64,000 nt of DNA from Bacteroidota bacterium (GTDB lineage Bacteria; Bacteroidota; Bacteroidia; Bacteroidales; VadinHA17), in contig JAKQPD010000301.1 in the NCBI GenBank assembly GCA_029564935.1, forward strand, positions 10,986 through 74,985, written 5' to 3'. The notes beneath the pieces were generated by a model that did no database searches, was not told the origin of the DNA, and saw only the letters and a program-made list of their open reading frames with translations. Below are positions 18,097-28,214 of the stretch, piece by piece. The translations under genes were made by a program, and so were the position numbers. Numbering within the stretch: the first letter of the stretch is position 1; every line of letters starts with the position of its first letter.

Positions 18097-18116
18097 CATG
18101 CCTGTACCAGGTTTAT

Positions 18117-18569
18117 ATGAGAGTAGTTATCCAGCGTGTAAAGAAAGCCTCCGTTTATTCGGACAAAGGGATCCTGGCATCTTCCGGTCCCGGATTATTG
18201 ATCCTTGCAGGATTTGAAGAAGCCGACACTTCTGAAGATGTTGAATGGCTGAGCAATAAGATCGTTCAGCTGAGGATATTCAATGATACGGACGGTGTAA
18301 TGAACCTTTCAGTACTTGATGTTGCCGGTGAGATAACCGTTGTGAGCCAGTTCACCCTTCATGCCAGGACAAAGAAGGGAAACAGACCATCCTATATAAA
18401 AGCTGCGCCACCCGCGATTGCAATTCCACTTTATGAAAAATTTGTAGCCAGGCTTTCAGAATTACTTGGCAAACCTGTCGGAACCGGTGAGTTCGGAGCC
18501 ATGATGACACTTGAAATATTTAATGATGGCCCGGTTACAATTATTATTGACACCAAAAACAAGGAATAA
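18117..18569 (+). CDS. dtd: D-aminoacyl-tRNA deacylase
   Basis: Canonical N-terminus MRVVIQRVKKASV, plus SQFTL, GNRPSY and NDGPVT motifs. I moved the start from 18039 to 18117, giving 150 aa, the usual length. Confidence 0.9.
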   Translation: MRVVIQRVKKASVYSDKGILASSGPGLLILAGFEEADTSEDVEWLSNKIVQLRIFNDTDGVMNLSVLDVAGEITVVSQFTLHARTKKGNRPSYIKAAPPAIAIPLYEKFVARLSELLGKPVGTGEFGAMMTLEIFNDGPVTIIIDTKNKE

Positions 18570-18574
18570 ATCTG

Positions 18575-19987
18575 ATGCAAGAGCATAATACGTCTTCCGG
18601 TGATAAAACACTTAAAAGATCGGTGCTTACAGTATCGGCTTTTGCCGCTTTTCTTACCCCCTTCCTCGGATCTGCAATTAACCTTGCACTTCCTGCAATA
18701 GGAAAAGACTTCAATGCTACTGCTCTGGAGCTCGGATGGATAGTCAGCAGCTTTATTCTTACTTCTGCCATATTTCTTCTTCCCTTCGGCAGGCTTGCAG
18801 ATATTATCGGCAGAAAAAAGATCTTCACAGGCGGTATATTTCTTTTTACAATTGCCACCTTCCTGATCACATTTTCATGGAATATTGAATCCCTGATAGT
18901 TTTCCGGATAATTCAGGGAATTGCAGGTGCAATGATTTTCGGGATGAGCCTGGCTATAATCACCTCGGTTTTTGGTCCGGGTGAACGCGGCCGGGCGATG
19001 GGGATCAATACAACAGCAGTTTATACGGGTCTTAGCAGCGGACCGGTAATCGGCGGATTAATGACACAGTACTGGGGCTGGAGGAGTGTTTTTGCTGTTC
19101 TTGTTCCGGCCGGTATTATTTCCCTGTATCTGATCTTTAAGAAAATGAAAGTGGAATGGGCTGAAGCCGGGGGAGAAAAATTCGACTGGCGGGGATCAAT
19201 AATCTATGGTGTCTCACTGGCTTCATTTATGTTTGGATTTTCAAAGCTGCCTTCTGCTACAGGATGGATTTTAATAGTAACAGGGATTTTGCTGGGAGTT
19301 GTATTTCTTATGTTTGAAAACAAAATTGATTTTCCGGTGTTCGATATCAGACTGATGCTTCGCAACAGGATCTTCGCCTTTTCAGGTATAGCTGCCCTTA
19401 TTCATTATTCAGCCACCTCTGCAACAGGATTCTTTATCAGTCTGTACCTGCAGTATCTTAAAGGTTTCGATGCAAGAAGCGCAGGACTTATAATGATATC
19501 ACAGCCTGTAATGATGGCGCTTTTATCACCTGTCGCAGGCAAAATGTCTGATAAATATAATCCCGGGATCATTGCATCATACGGGATGGGGCTTACTGCT
19601 GCCGGATTGATAATGTTATGCTTTATAAACAGTAGCACTCCGATAATATGGATAATCTTCCTGCTTATACTGATGGGAACTGGTTTTGGACTATTCTCTT
19701 CCCCAAATTCAAATGCAATTATGAGCTCTGTTGAGAAAAATCATCTTGGGATTGCATCGGCAGTTGTCGGGACAATGCGTATGGCAGGGCAGATGATGAG
19801 TATGGGTATCGCAATGATGCTTCTTGCAGTTTATGTGGGTGACCGGGCTATCATCCCTTCCTCCTACCCCGGATTTTTGACAGGTATGCGTACCGGATTC
19901 GTAATTTTTTCAGTACTGTGCGTTATTGGAATTTTTGCATCCCTGGCAAGGAACAGTTCCAGGAAGGCCAATATTACTTCTTTATGA
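18575..19987 (+). CDS. MFS transporter, 14-TM drug:H+ antiporter (DHA2/EmrB-like) type
   Basis: 470 aa and highly hydrophobic. MFS motif A-like GRLADIIGRKKIF. Confidence 0.8.
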   Translation: MQEHNTSSGDKTLKRSVLTVSAFAAFLTPFLGSAINLALPAIGKDFNATALELGWIVSSFILTSAIFLLPFGRLADIIGRKKIFTGGIFLFTIATFLITFSWNIESLIVFRIIQGIAGAMIFGMSLAIITSVFGPGERGRAMGINTTAVYTGLSSGPVIGGLMTQYWGWRSVFAVLVPAGIISLYLIFKKMKVEWAEAGGEKFDWRGSIIYGVSLASFMFGFSKLPSATGWILIVTGILLGVVFLMFENKIDFPVFDIRLMLRNRIFAFSGIAALIHYSATSATGFFISLYLQYLKGFDARSAGLIMISQPVMMALLSPVAGKMSDKYNPGIIASYGMGLTAAGLIMLCFINSSTPIIWIIFLLILMGTGFGLFSSPNSNAIMSSVEKNHLGIASAVVGTMRMAGQMMSMGIAMMLLAVYVGDRAIIPSSYPGFLTGMRTGFVIFSVLCVIGIFASLARNSSRKANITSL

Positions 19988-20092
19988 ATTAAACTCAACA
20001 TAAATTATCCGATAATATTATTTGATTACAAAAAGCATTATATTAACCCCCGCCAAATACAACGTAGATTTTACTGATTTGAACCTGATGCC

Positions 20093-20965
20093 ATGACCAA
20101 ATTATACGAAAAACTGATAAAACAATGTCCGTCGGAATCCGAGATAACAAGGGAGCTTAGAAAAGTATCCGAGCTCGTTTCTGAACCCCCCGACAAGCAC
20201 TTGCTGATGACAATACTGAACTGTCTTGATCTCACAAGCCTTAATGCATCGGACAATAAAACCCATATACTTCATCTTACAGGAAAGGTGAACAGTTTTT
20301 CCGGACGTTTTTCGAATATCCCAAATGTTGCGGCTATATGTGTTTATCCGAATTTCGTTCCGCTTGTAAAAGAAAAACTCACGGTGAAAACCGTAAAGAT
20401 AGCATCTGTTGCAGGAGCTTTCCCTTCATCACAGACATTCCGTTCAATTAAGCTGGCTGAATGTAAAATGGCGCTGGACTCCGGAGCTGATGAAATTGAT
20501 ATGGTCATTTCAGTCGGTTCTTTTCTGAGCAATGATTTTGCTGCTGTTGCCGATGAAATCAGAGAGATGAGGGAGGTTGTTGGTGAAAAGCATCTGAAAG
20601 TTATAATTGAATCCGGACTGCTGGGCGACAATGAAAATATTTTTAAGGCATCGATGATAGCGATGGATGCCGGAGCTGATTTTATTAAAACATCAACCGG
20701 GAAGATAAATGTGTCGGCGACACCTGAAGCAGCATTCGTTATGTGCAGGGCTATAGACTATTTCTATTCCGAAACCGGGATAAGGGTAGGTTTCAAGCCG
20801 GCAGGCGGTATAGTAACCGTAAATGATGCTGTTTCGTACTACAGGATAGCTGAATACTGCCTTGGAAAAGAATGGCTCAACAATAATTACTTCAGGATCG
20901 GTGCGAGCCGACTGGCAAATAATATACTTTCCGAAATTGCCGGAGAAAGAAATGATCATTTCTGA
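20093..20965 (+). CDS. deoC: Deoxyribose-phosphate aldolase (long form)
   Basis: DMVI motif and the Schiff-base lysine context ADFIKTSTGK. FKPAGGI. Confidence 0.85.
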   Translation: MTKLYEKLIKQCPSESEITRELRKVSELVSEPPDKHLLMTILNCLDLTSLNASDNKTHILHLTGKVNSFSGRFSNIPNVAAICVYPNFVPLVKEKLTVKTVKIASVAGAFPSSQTFRSIKLAECKMALDSGADEIDMVISVGSFLSNDFAAVADEIREMREVVGEKHLKVIIESGLLGDNENIFKASMIAMDAGADFIKTSTGKINVSATPEAAFVMCRAIDYFYSETGIRVGFKPAGGIVTVNDAVSYYRIAEYCLGKEWLNNNYFRIGASRLANNILSEIAGERNDHF

Positions 20966-21749
20966 ACAGGATACTTCAATTGTTTCCGGTCAGCCTGTTT
21001 TTTTCCCCTTCACGTTTATTAAAAAAAGTGAAGACAGGGGATCCGGGAAAGCCGGAATTATTACCTCAAACCTTCGTGAAGGCAAGGAATTTGAACAGGA
21101 GCCATTCAGGGACGACTGGATAATAATAATTGTTCTTGCGTCAGCATTCATCTATTCAACGCTCAGCGCCTTTCCCGGCAGGTTATTTCATAATATCAAG
21201 GCATTCCTGCTCTTCAGGGGAATCGGAGATCCTGCATCGCGTGAAAGAGGTATGTTCTTACAGTGGCAGTCAATTCTTGCAAACGCAGTTTCCTTCTCGG
21301 GGACGGCATTATTTGCATACTTAACAGCTGATTATCATAGTTTTTATCCCAACGGACTTTCAGGAATACTATTCTGGATTGTTATCTTCGGACTTTTGAT
21401 TTTACTGGTGCTTATAAGGCATATAATTTGCATTCTTATGGGAAGCATTACCGGTGCAAGAGAAGTATTCGGAGAATATTGTGCCACAGTTCACCAGTCA
21501 TATCAAATTACAGGTTTTATCCTGTTTCTGCTTACAATTTTGCTTGCATATACAACCTTCCCGGCACCCCGGTTTATCCTGAATTCAGGACTTTTTATTG
21601 TTCTGACGGCATATTTTATGCGTGTTCTGAGGCTGTTGTTGATTTTTCTGAAGCATAAAATTTCTATTTTATATTTCATTTTGTACCTTTGTGCGCTGGA
21701 ATTTCTTCCGGTATTGGTGGTTCTTAAATATTTAACCGATCTGTTTTAG
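20952..21749 (+). CDS. DUF4271-like integral membrane protein
   Basis: Multi-TM protein immediately upstream of hemD, a pairing I recognise as common in Bacteroidota. I prefer the start at 20952 (MIISEQ), which overlaps the deoC stop by 14 nt, over 20862. Confidence 0.65.
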   Translation: MIISEQDTSIVSGQPVFFPFTFIKKSEDRGSGKAGIITSNLREGKEFEQEPFRDDWIIIIVLASAFIYSTLSAFPGRLFHNIKAFLLFRGIGDPASRERGMFLQWQSILANAVSFSGTALFAYLTADYHSFYPNGLSGILFWIVIFGLLILLVLIRHIICILMGSITGAREVFGEYCATVHQSYQITGFILFLLTILLAYTTFPAPRFILNSGLFIVLTAYFMRVLRLLLIFLKHKISILYFILYLCALEFLPVLVVLKYLTDLF

Positions 21750-21796
21750 CGAAGAAGCGAGTGGTCCCTGAATAGTATAACTAAAACTGTAAGTCG

Positions 21797-22549
21797 TTGA
21801 AAATAAGGAAGATCTTAGTGTCGCAGCCAGAACCGATGAATCCGAAGTCGCCATATTTCGACCTGGCAAAAAAATATAATCTGAAAGTTGAATTCAAACC
21901 CTTTGTCCAGGTTGAAGGGATCTCATCAAAGGATTTCAGGCATCAGAAAATTAATATTCTCGATTATTCAGCCGTGATCTTCACCAGTAAAACTGGTATA
22001 GATCACTTTTTCAGGATATGCAATGAGCTGAGAATCACAGTCCCAGACACAATGAAGTATTTCTGCATTACAGAAAATGTTGCATTTTACCTGCAGAAAT
22101 ACATAGTTTACAGAAAGCGGAAGATTTTCCATGGCAAGGCAAAATTCCAGGATCTCATCGATATCATTATTAAACATAAGGACGATAATTATTTTGTGCC
22201 TCTCTCTGAGCCTCACAATGCTGAGATCCCTGAATTGCTTGATAAAAATTCTATCAGATATTCGATAGGTATTCTGTATAAAACTATAAGCAGCAATTTT
22301 TCGAATGTACAGAATTTCGATTATGATATTCTTGTTTTTTACAGTCCTTCCGGGATAAAATCGCTTAAGGAGAATTTTCCGGATTTTGTGCAGGGTGAAA
22401 TAAAAATAGCAGCTTTTGGCCCAACAACGGCATGTGCTGTGGAACAGGAAGGCCTCAGGCTGGATATAAATGCACCAAATCCAAAAGCACCATCCATGAC
22501 AATGGCTCTGGATAATTTCCTTAAGGAGCATAACAGGAATTCAAAGTAA
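21797..22549 (+). CDS. hemD: Uroporphyrinogen-III synthase family protein
   Basis: 250 aa, TTG start. ILVSQP..., VIFTSKTGIDHF and IAAFGPTTA motifs are typical of the HemD fold. Confidence 0.75.
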   Translation: MKIRKILVSQPEPMNPKSPYFDLAKKYNLKVEFKPFVQVEGISSKDFRHQKINILDYSAVIFTSKTGIDHFFRICNELRITVPDTMKYFCITENVAFYLQKYIVYRKRKIFHGKAKFQDLIDIIIKHKDDNYFVPLSEPHNAEIPELLDKNSIRYSIGILYKTISSNFSNVQNFDYDILVFYSPSGIKSLKENFPDFVQGEIKIAAFGPTTACAVEQEGLRLDINAPNPKAPSMTMALDNFLKEHNRNSK

Positions 22550-22615
22550 AATCTATTCTGCAGATTAATACACTTCTTTTTTAATTAAGGAACTCTGATA
22601 ACAAGGCCTGCCTGA

Positions 22616-23017
22616 ATGATCGCTTACCGTCAGACATTCAAAAAAGCCGAAAGGCTTTGCAGTCGGAAGATAATAACCGGCCTTTTCGGGTCGGGGAAGG
22701 TATTTTACACACAATATTTCAGGGTATTGTGGGCAACAACTGATCTTAATTCAGGCTTCACTGCAGAGATCGCTTTTATGGTCCCGAAAAAAGCATTCCG
22801 CCATGCAGTAAAAAGAAATCTGCTGAAACGAAGAATGAGAGAAGCTTACAGAAAGAATAAAGCTTTACTATATGAATTTTTGGATTCACAAAATATAAAT
22901 ATCGCTCTGATAGTTATCTACAGGAAAGAAAAGCCGGCAGATTTCGGTACAATAGAAGCAGGAATCAGGGAAATGCTTGAAAGATTGAAATCCGAAATAG
23001 TTACTGCCGGCAGATAA
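22616..23017 (+). CDS. rnpA: Ribonuclease P protein component
   Basis: 133 aa and basic. KKAFRHAVKRNLLKRRMREAYR is the RNR-type motif. Confidence 0.85.
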   Translation: MIAYRQTFKKAERLCSRKIITGLFGSGKVFYTQYFRVLWATTDLNSGFTAEIAFMVPKKAFRHAVKRNLLKRRMREAYRKNKALLYEFLDSQNINIALIVIYRKEKPADFGTIEAGIREMLERLKSEIVTAGR

Positions 23018-23099
23018 TGTTAAAATTATTATAATTAACCCTCTGTCAAATCCTTATAATAAATATTCTTCTTATTTTCGTCGGTTCAATTTTAAAGTC

Positions 23100-24863
23100 A
23101 TGAAAAAGATACATAAAGGCAGACTTATAATGATCCTGAGTTTCCTTATAATTTCAGGTTTAAGTGTTGGATTTCTAAGCCTTCAGGAAACACGGGATTT
23201 CAGAATTGCCAAGAATCTCGATATCTTCCTGTCGCTATTCAGAGAGCTTAACACATTTTATGTTGACGAGATAGATCCTGATAAAGTTATAAAATCGGGC
23301 ATTGACAATATGCTTAAGACCCTGGATCCATATACTGTATATTATCCTGAATCGGATGCGGATGATTTTACTTTTATGACCACGGGTAAATACGGCGGGA
23401 TAGGCTCACTTGTGAGAGGCGGAGGCGATTATGTGGTTATAAGTGAGGTTTACAAGGGTTTCCCGGCTGATAAAGCAGGAATAAAGGCAGGTGATAAAAT
23501 AAAAAAAGTCGACGGTGTTTCTCTGAAAGGAATGCCGACAGATAAGGTTAGCGACAGGTTGAAAGGAAATCCCGGTTCAGATATTACAGTTACAATCGAA
23601 AGGGCCGGAAAAGAATCGGATCATGTGATGAAAAGGGAAAGGATCATTATCCCGCCTGTTCCTTACTATGGGATGATTGACAGCAAGACGGGATACATTC
23701 GCTTCACTAATTTTACCCAGAATTGTATTACCGATGTTAAAAATGCTCTTACGGAGCTTAAAAAAAACAATCCTGAACAGATAATTCTTGATGTAAGAGG
23801 TAATCCCGGGGGGTTGCTGTCCGAAGCAGTTGAAATTGTTAACCTTTTTGTCGGTCCCGGCAACGATGTGGTTTCCACGAAAGGAAAGGTAAAACAGTTT
23901 GATGATAATTTCAGGACCACAAAAGCAGCAACTGATGAAACAATTCCTCTTGCAGTGCTTATAAACAGAGGTTCGGCATCAGCAGCAGAAATAGTTGCCG
24001 GCGCTATCCAGGATCTCGACAGGGGAGTAATTGTCGGACAGCGCTCATACGGTAAAGGTCTTGTTCAGGTTACCCGTCCCTTAAGCTATAATACCCAGCT
24101 TAAAATAACAACGGCGAAGTACTATATACCTTCCGGAAGATGTATCCAGGCAATCGATTTCTCACATCCCAATGAGGACGGTAGCGTAGGTATTATCCCG
24201 GATTCGCTGGTAACCGAATTCAGGACCCGTAACGGACGTATTGTGAAAGACGGAGGAGGGATAACCCCCGATGTTACAATAAATCCTGAAGCAATGAGCC
24301 AGATCTCGGCAGAATTGTATCTGAGGAACTTTATTTTCGACTTCGCAACTCGCTATTACTGGTCTCATCCTGCCCCGGAATCACCATCACAATTTAAACT
24401 AAGCGATCAGGATTATGCTGATTTCGCAGGTTTTCTTAAAGAACGTAATTTCAGCTATAGAACAATTACCGAGACCTCTCTTAATGAACTGATTGCCAGT
24501 GCAAAGAAAGAAAAATATTATGAACTGCACAAGGATCTTTTCGAAGAACTTCAAAATGATATAGCACATAATATTGACCACGACCTTACAATTTTCAGGG
24601 ATGAGATCTCAGGTTTGCTGGAAGAAGAGATCATCGGGCGGTATTTTTATGAAGAGGGCGCAATTGCCTGGTCAGTTACAAAAGACGAACAGATCCTCAA
24701 GGCGCTTGAAATACTTAACGATAAAGGGAAATATAGTTCTATTCTCAGCGGGAAAAGCGCACCGGTACTCAGGGCTAATGTGCCTCCAGCCAGTTCCGGC
24801 CTGTACCCCAGTCCACCTTTAACGGTACATCCAGGATTGCGGCATTCGACATTTCATATATAA
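23100..24863 (+). CDS. S41-family carboxy-terminal processing peptidase
   Basis: N-terminal TM, PDZ region (GFPADKAGIKAGDKI), catalytic Ser context RGSASAAEI and Lys context SYGKGLVQ. The last 89 nt overlap the 3' end of polA on the other strand. Confidence 0.85.
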   Translation: MKKIHKGRLIMILSFLIISGLSVGFLSLQETRDFRIAKNLDIFLSLFRELNTFYVDEIDPDKVIKSGIDNMLKTLDPYTVYYPESDADDFTFMTTGKYGGIGSLVRGGGDYVVISEVYKGFPADKAGIKAGDKIKKVDGVSLKGMPTDKVSDRLKGNPGSDITVTIERAGKESDHVMKRERIIIPPVPYYGMIDSKTGYIRFTNFTQNCITDVKNALTELKKNNPEQIILDVRGNPGGLLSEAVEIVNLFVGPGNDVVSTKGKVKQFDDNFRTTKAATDETIPLAVLINRGSASAAEIVAGAIQDLDRGVIVGQRSYGKGLVQVTRPLSYNTQLKITTAKYYIPSGRCIQAIDFSHPNEDGSVGIIPDSLVTEFRTRNGRIVKDGGGITPDVTINPEAMSQISAELYLRNFIFDFATRYYWSHPAPESPSQFKLSDQDYADFAGFLKERNFSYRTITETSLNELIASAKKEKYYELHKDLFEELQNDIAHNIDHDLTIFRDEISGLLEEEIIGRYFYEEGAIAWSVTKDEQILKALEILNDKGKYSSILSGKSAPVLRANVPPASSGLYPSPPLTVHPGLRHSTFHI

Positions 24864-27591
24864 CCATCTCCCTCAGCCTGCCAAGCTCTGAGTCCGGGAC
24901 TTCAAAAATGAGTTCATCATGCACCTGGAGGATCATTCTGGATTTATAGTTCTCCTTTTGTAATTTCTCATGGATCCTTACCATTGCAATCTTGATTATA
25001 TCTGCTGCACTGCCCTGTATAGGAGCATTAATTGCATTTCGTTCGGCATTTCCCCTTACCACCTGATTCCGTGAATGAATATCACGCAAATACCTTCTCC
25101 TGCCGAACATTGTGGTAACATATCCTTTTTCCCTTGCCTTGCGTATACTATCGTCCATATAGGTTTTTACTCCCGGATATGATGCAAAATAACCGTCAAT
25201 GAGATCTTTGGCTTCCTTCCTCCCAATTGTAAGTCTTTCGGAGAGGCCGAAGGAAGATATTCCGTAAATTATACCGAAATTGGCAGTTTTTGCCCGGCTG
25301 CGCATTTCCCTTGTAACTTTACTGATATCAACGCCGAAGATCTTGGCTGCTGTTGCTGCGTGAATATCGCTGCCCGAAAGGAAATCAGAGATCATGCTTT
25401 TATCCCCGCTGAGATGTGCCATCAGCCTCAGCTCAATCTGAGAATAATCAGCCGAAAAGAAAATACATCCTTCTGCCGGTATAAAGGCTTTTCTTATCTC
25501 CCTGCCCCTTTCATCTCTGACAGGAATGTTCTGAAGATTCGGATTATTCGAGCTTAAGCGGCCGGTTGAAGCAACAGCCTGGTTGAACGATGTGTGTATC
25601 CTGCCGGTTTTTTTGTTTATCAGCTGTGGAAGAGCTTCGACATATGTAGATAACAGTTTTTTCAATCCTCTGTATTCCAGCACCTTGTCGACAATGGGGT
25701 GCTTATGGGCAAGCCGCTGAAGGATCTCTTCGTTTGTGACAAATTGTTTTGTTTTTGTCATCCTTGCCTTATCGTCAAGCTTAAGCCTGAGAAAAAGAAT
25801 GTCCCCGAGCTGTTTCGGAGAAGAAATATTGAATTCCGTGCCTGCAAGCAAATAAATATCTTTCTCAAGGGTAATAATATCATCCCTCAGATCTGCAGTT
25901 ATTCTTTTAAGCTCAGCTTCATCGAGGATAACCCCGTTCCTTTCCATTGAAGCGAGTACATTTATAAGAGGCATTTCAATTTCAGTTGCCAGTTCAGAAA
26001 GTCCCTCTTCCCGTATTCTGGATTCAAAGACTTCTTTAAGCTGAAGAGTGACATCCGCATCCTCAACTGCATATTCCCTGATCTGCTCAGGTGGCACAGC
26101 TCTCATGTTCTTCTGATTCTGTCCTTTTTCTCCGATGAGAGATTCGATATGAACCGGAGTATAAGAAAGATATATTTCCGAGAGCAGGTTCATATTATGG
26201 CGCATATCGGGTTCAAGAAGATAGTGGGCGATCATTGTATCGAAGAGAGGCCCCTTCACGTTAATGCCGTAATTCTCAAGAACCTGGATATCAAATTTGC
26301 AATTCTGACCTATTTTCAGGATAGACGGATTTTCAAACAAAGGTCTTATTATTTCCAGTTTTTCTTCTGTATCTCTTTCGTTTCCGGCAAAGTGGACCAG
26401 GTATCCCTTATGTTTTTCCCATGACAGAGCAAGTGCAACAATTTCAGATTGAAGTGCATCAATACTGGTTGTTTCCGTATCAAAGCAGATCTCTTTCTTC
26501 TGAAGTACAAGATCAATTATCTGTTTCAGTTCAGAATTATCAGAAATAAGTTTGTAGTCATGCTGAACACTGTTAATGTCTTTCAGGGACGACCGGTCAA
26601 TAGCAGATTCCAGTAAATCATCAGAAAAAAGTGTTCCCTGGGGATTTTGAGGTTGAGGCTGAGGCTGAGGTTGAGATTTATCTGCAACCCGGGATTGCTG
26701 AGCGGATGCATTTGAAAGTATCCTGGAGGCGGCAGTCTTAAATTCAAGCTCTTCAAACAGTACTTTAAGTTTCTGTACATCAGGAGTTTCTGTAACCAGA
26801 TTTTCTTCTTCAAGATCTACAGGTACATCAACTATTATTGTCGCCAGTTTTTTGGAAAGTTCTATTTTCTCCCTGTTATCTTCTATAATTTCTTTAAGTC
26901 TGCCTTTAAGTTTATCAGTATTTTTGAAAAGCTCCTCAACCGAGCCGTATTCAGATATCAGCTTCATTGCGGTTTTTGGCCCTACACCGGGAGCTCCGGG
27001 AATATTATCTGCCGTATCACCCATCAGGGCAAGAATATCAATGACCTGTTCGGGGCGTTCGACTTCGAATTCGCGTTTAATATCTTCAATTCCCCATATA
27101 ACCGATTCATTTCCGCTTCTTGAGGGTTTATACATGAAGATATTTCCGGAGACGAGCTGGGCGAAATCCTTATCGGGAGTCATCATATATGTTGTGAAGC
27201 CCCTGGCCGATGCTTTCTTTGCGAGAGTACCGATCACATCGTCGGCTTCAAATCCCGGATAATCAATGACGGGTATCCTGTAAGCTTCAATAAGCCGTTT
27301 GATGTAAGGAACAGCGGTTTTTATATCCTCCGGCGTTTCATCACGGTTGGCTTTATACTCTTTATACATCTCGTGGCGGAATGTGGGTCCGGAAACATCA
27401 AACACCACGGCAATATGAGTAGGTCTCTGTTTCTGCAGAACCTCTTCAAGAGTAAGCAGAAAACCAAATATTGCGGAAGTATTCAATCCTTTGGATGTGA
27501 GCCTCGGATTCCTGATGAATGCATAATATGATCTGAAGATCAGTGCATATGCATCGAGCAGAAACAATTTTTTATCCTGATTATCCTGCAT
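24775..27591 (-). CDS. polA: DNA polymerase I
   Basis: 5'-nuclease N-terminus (LLDAYALIFRSYYA). 3'-5' exonuclease (FDTETTS). Polymerase motifs DYSQIELR, RSRAKTANFGIIYG, QVHDEL. C-terminus NWLEAH. A (PQ)n linker follows the 5'-nuclease domain. Confidence 0.95.
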   Translation of the reverse strand: MQDNQDKKLFLLDAYALIFRSYYAFIRNPRLTSKGLNTSAIFGFLLTLEEVLQKQRPTHIAVVFDVSGPTFRHEMYKEYKANRDETPEDIKTAVPYIKRLIEAYRIPVIDYPGFEADDVIGTLAKKASARGFTTYMMTPDKDFAQLVSGNIFMYKPSRSGNESVIWGIEDIKREFEVERPEQVIDILALMGDTADNIPGAPGVGPKTAMKLISEYGSVEELFKNTDKLKGRLKEIIEDNREKIELSKKLATIIVDVPVDLEEENLVTETPDVQKLKVLFEELEFKTAASRILSNASAQQSRVADKSQPQPQPQPQNPQGTLFSDDLLESAIDRSSLKDINSVQHDYKLISDNSELKQIIDLVLQKKEICFDTETTSIDALQSEIVALALSWEKHKGYLVHFAGNERDTEEKLEIIRPLFENPSILKIGQNCKFDIQVLENYGINVKGPLFDTMIAHYLLEPDMRHNMNLLSEIYLSYTPVHIESLIGEKGQNQKNMRAVPPEQIREYAVEDADVTLQLKEVFESRIREEGLSELATEIEMPLINVLASMERNGVILDEAELKRITADLRDDIITLEKDIYLLAGTEFNISSPKQLGDILFLRLKLDDKARMTKTKQFVTNEEILQRLAHKHPIVDKVLEYRGLKKLLSTYVEALPQLINKKTGRIHTSFNQAVASTGRLSSNNPNLQNIPVRDERGREIRKAFIPAEGCIFFSADYSQIELRLMAHLSGDKSMISDFLSGSDIHAATAAKIFGVDISKVTREMRSRAKTANFGIIYGISSFGLSERLTIGRKEAKDLIDGYFASYPGVKTYMDDSIRKAREKGYVTTMFGRRRYLRDIHSRNQVVRGNAERNAINAPIQGSAADIIKIAMVRIHEKLQKENYKSRMILQVHDELIFEVPDSELGRLREMVIYEMSNAAILDVPLKVDWGTGRNWLEAH

Positions 27592-27597
27592 ATTGTT

Positions 27598-28047
27598 TTA
27601 TTCATTATCACCGGCAAACCATTCGGCATATGATTTTGCTGTTTCACAGAGTCTGAGGCTGTGTAATCTTACTCCTGCAGGCAGTGAATTTTTCAGCATA
27701 CGGGCAAAATCGGCAACAAGATTCTCACAGGTGGGCTGATAACCGACTATTACAGCATTTCCGAAAGCATCCTCCATCATTTTTTTCTTTTCTTCGGCAA
27801 AATCACTGCTCATAACAACTGAATGATCAAAGCGTTCAATTATAGTTTTAAGGACTATTTCTTTAAGATCTGTAAAATCCATGACCATTCCGTTTTTGGA
27901 ACTTCTGCTGTCGTTAAGCGGTTCTCCTCTGACAGTAACAAAAAGACGGTATGAATGCCCGTGCACATTCCTGCAAGGACCGTCATAGCCTTTAAGGACG
28001 TGGGCCATCTCAAAAGAAAATTCCCTTGTTACCCTTATTATACTCAT
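27598..28047 (-). CDS. queD: 6-carboxy-5,6,7,8-tetrahydropterin synthase
   Basis: 149 aa. FSFEMAHVL, CRNVHGHSY and a C-terminal E..A motif are typical of QueD/PTPS. Confidence 0.85.
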   Translation of the reverse strand: MSIIRVTREFSFEMAHVLKGYDGPCRNVHGHSYRLFVTVRGEPLNDSRSSKNGMVMDFTDLKEIVLKTIIERFDHSVVMSSDFAEEKKKMMEDAFGNAVIVGYQPTCENLVADFARMLKNSLPAGVRLHSLRLCETAKSYAEWFAGDNE

Positions 28048-28073
28048 AGATATTTGTTATTCAGTTTAAAAAA

Positions 28074-28081
28074 TCAAAAAT
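28074..28081 (-). promoter_or_regulatory. Candidate -7 box (TATTTTTG) for queD-polA
   Basis: The reverse complement of caaaaata matches TAnnTTTG. It lies 27 nt upstream of the queD ATG. Confidence 0.4.
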
Positions 28082-28178
28082 AGTCAATATACCGGAAACC
28101 AGGCTGATTTATGTAAAGTCTTCAATGAGGCAGCAATAATATTTATCATTATTTAACAGAAAGGTGATGAAAATTAAG

Positions 28179-28186
28179 TACCTTTG
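28179..28186 (+). promoter_or_regulatory. Candidate -7 box (TACCTTTG) for the acyl-CoA ligase gene
   Basis: Matches TAnnTTTG, 29 nt upstream of the ATG at 28215. Confidence 0.4.
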
Positions 28187-28214
28187 CAGACTTTTGTTTC
28201 ACTAATAATGCTAA

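Noticed and set aside
18028-18116. A possible yybP-ykoY manganese riboswitch upstream of mntP.
   Set aside because: The whole spacer shared with dtd is only 89 nt. A -7 box sits 18 nt from the mntP ATG, leaving no room for an aptamer of 100 nt or more, and none of the conserved riboswitch segments are visible.
21968-22531. Long antisense ORFs inside well-supported genes. Examples: 187 aa antisense to hemD, 189 aa and 141 aa antisense to tldD (12464-13033), 145 aa antisense to the lactonase gene, and 153 aa at 5613-6074.
   Set aside because: Each lies wholly within a longer ORF on the opposite strand that has clear family motifs. The antisense products have no motifs and a biased (Ser/Leu/Ile/Phe/Arg) composition typical of shadow ORFs.
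26648-26676. A short tandem (gaggyt)n repeat in polA shares an identical 17-mer (ctgaggctgaggttgag) with 15628-15655 in the M14 peptidase gene. I considered a dispersed repeat or recombination footprint.
   Set aside because: Both copies are in frame and encode (Pro-Gln)n linkers (QPQPQPQPQ in polA, QPLPQPQPQ in M14) between domains. Identity this short in low-complexity coding repeats is adequately explained by convergent codon use.
28048-28214. A possible preQ1 riboswitch upstream of queD.
   Set aside because: The reverse-complement leader is about 27 nt long after the candidate -7 box. It lacks the preQ1-I hairpin and A-rich tail pattern.
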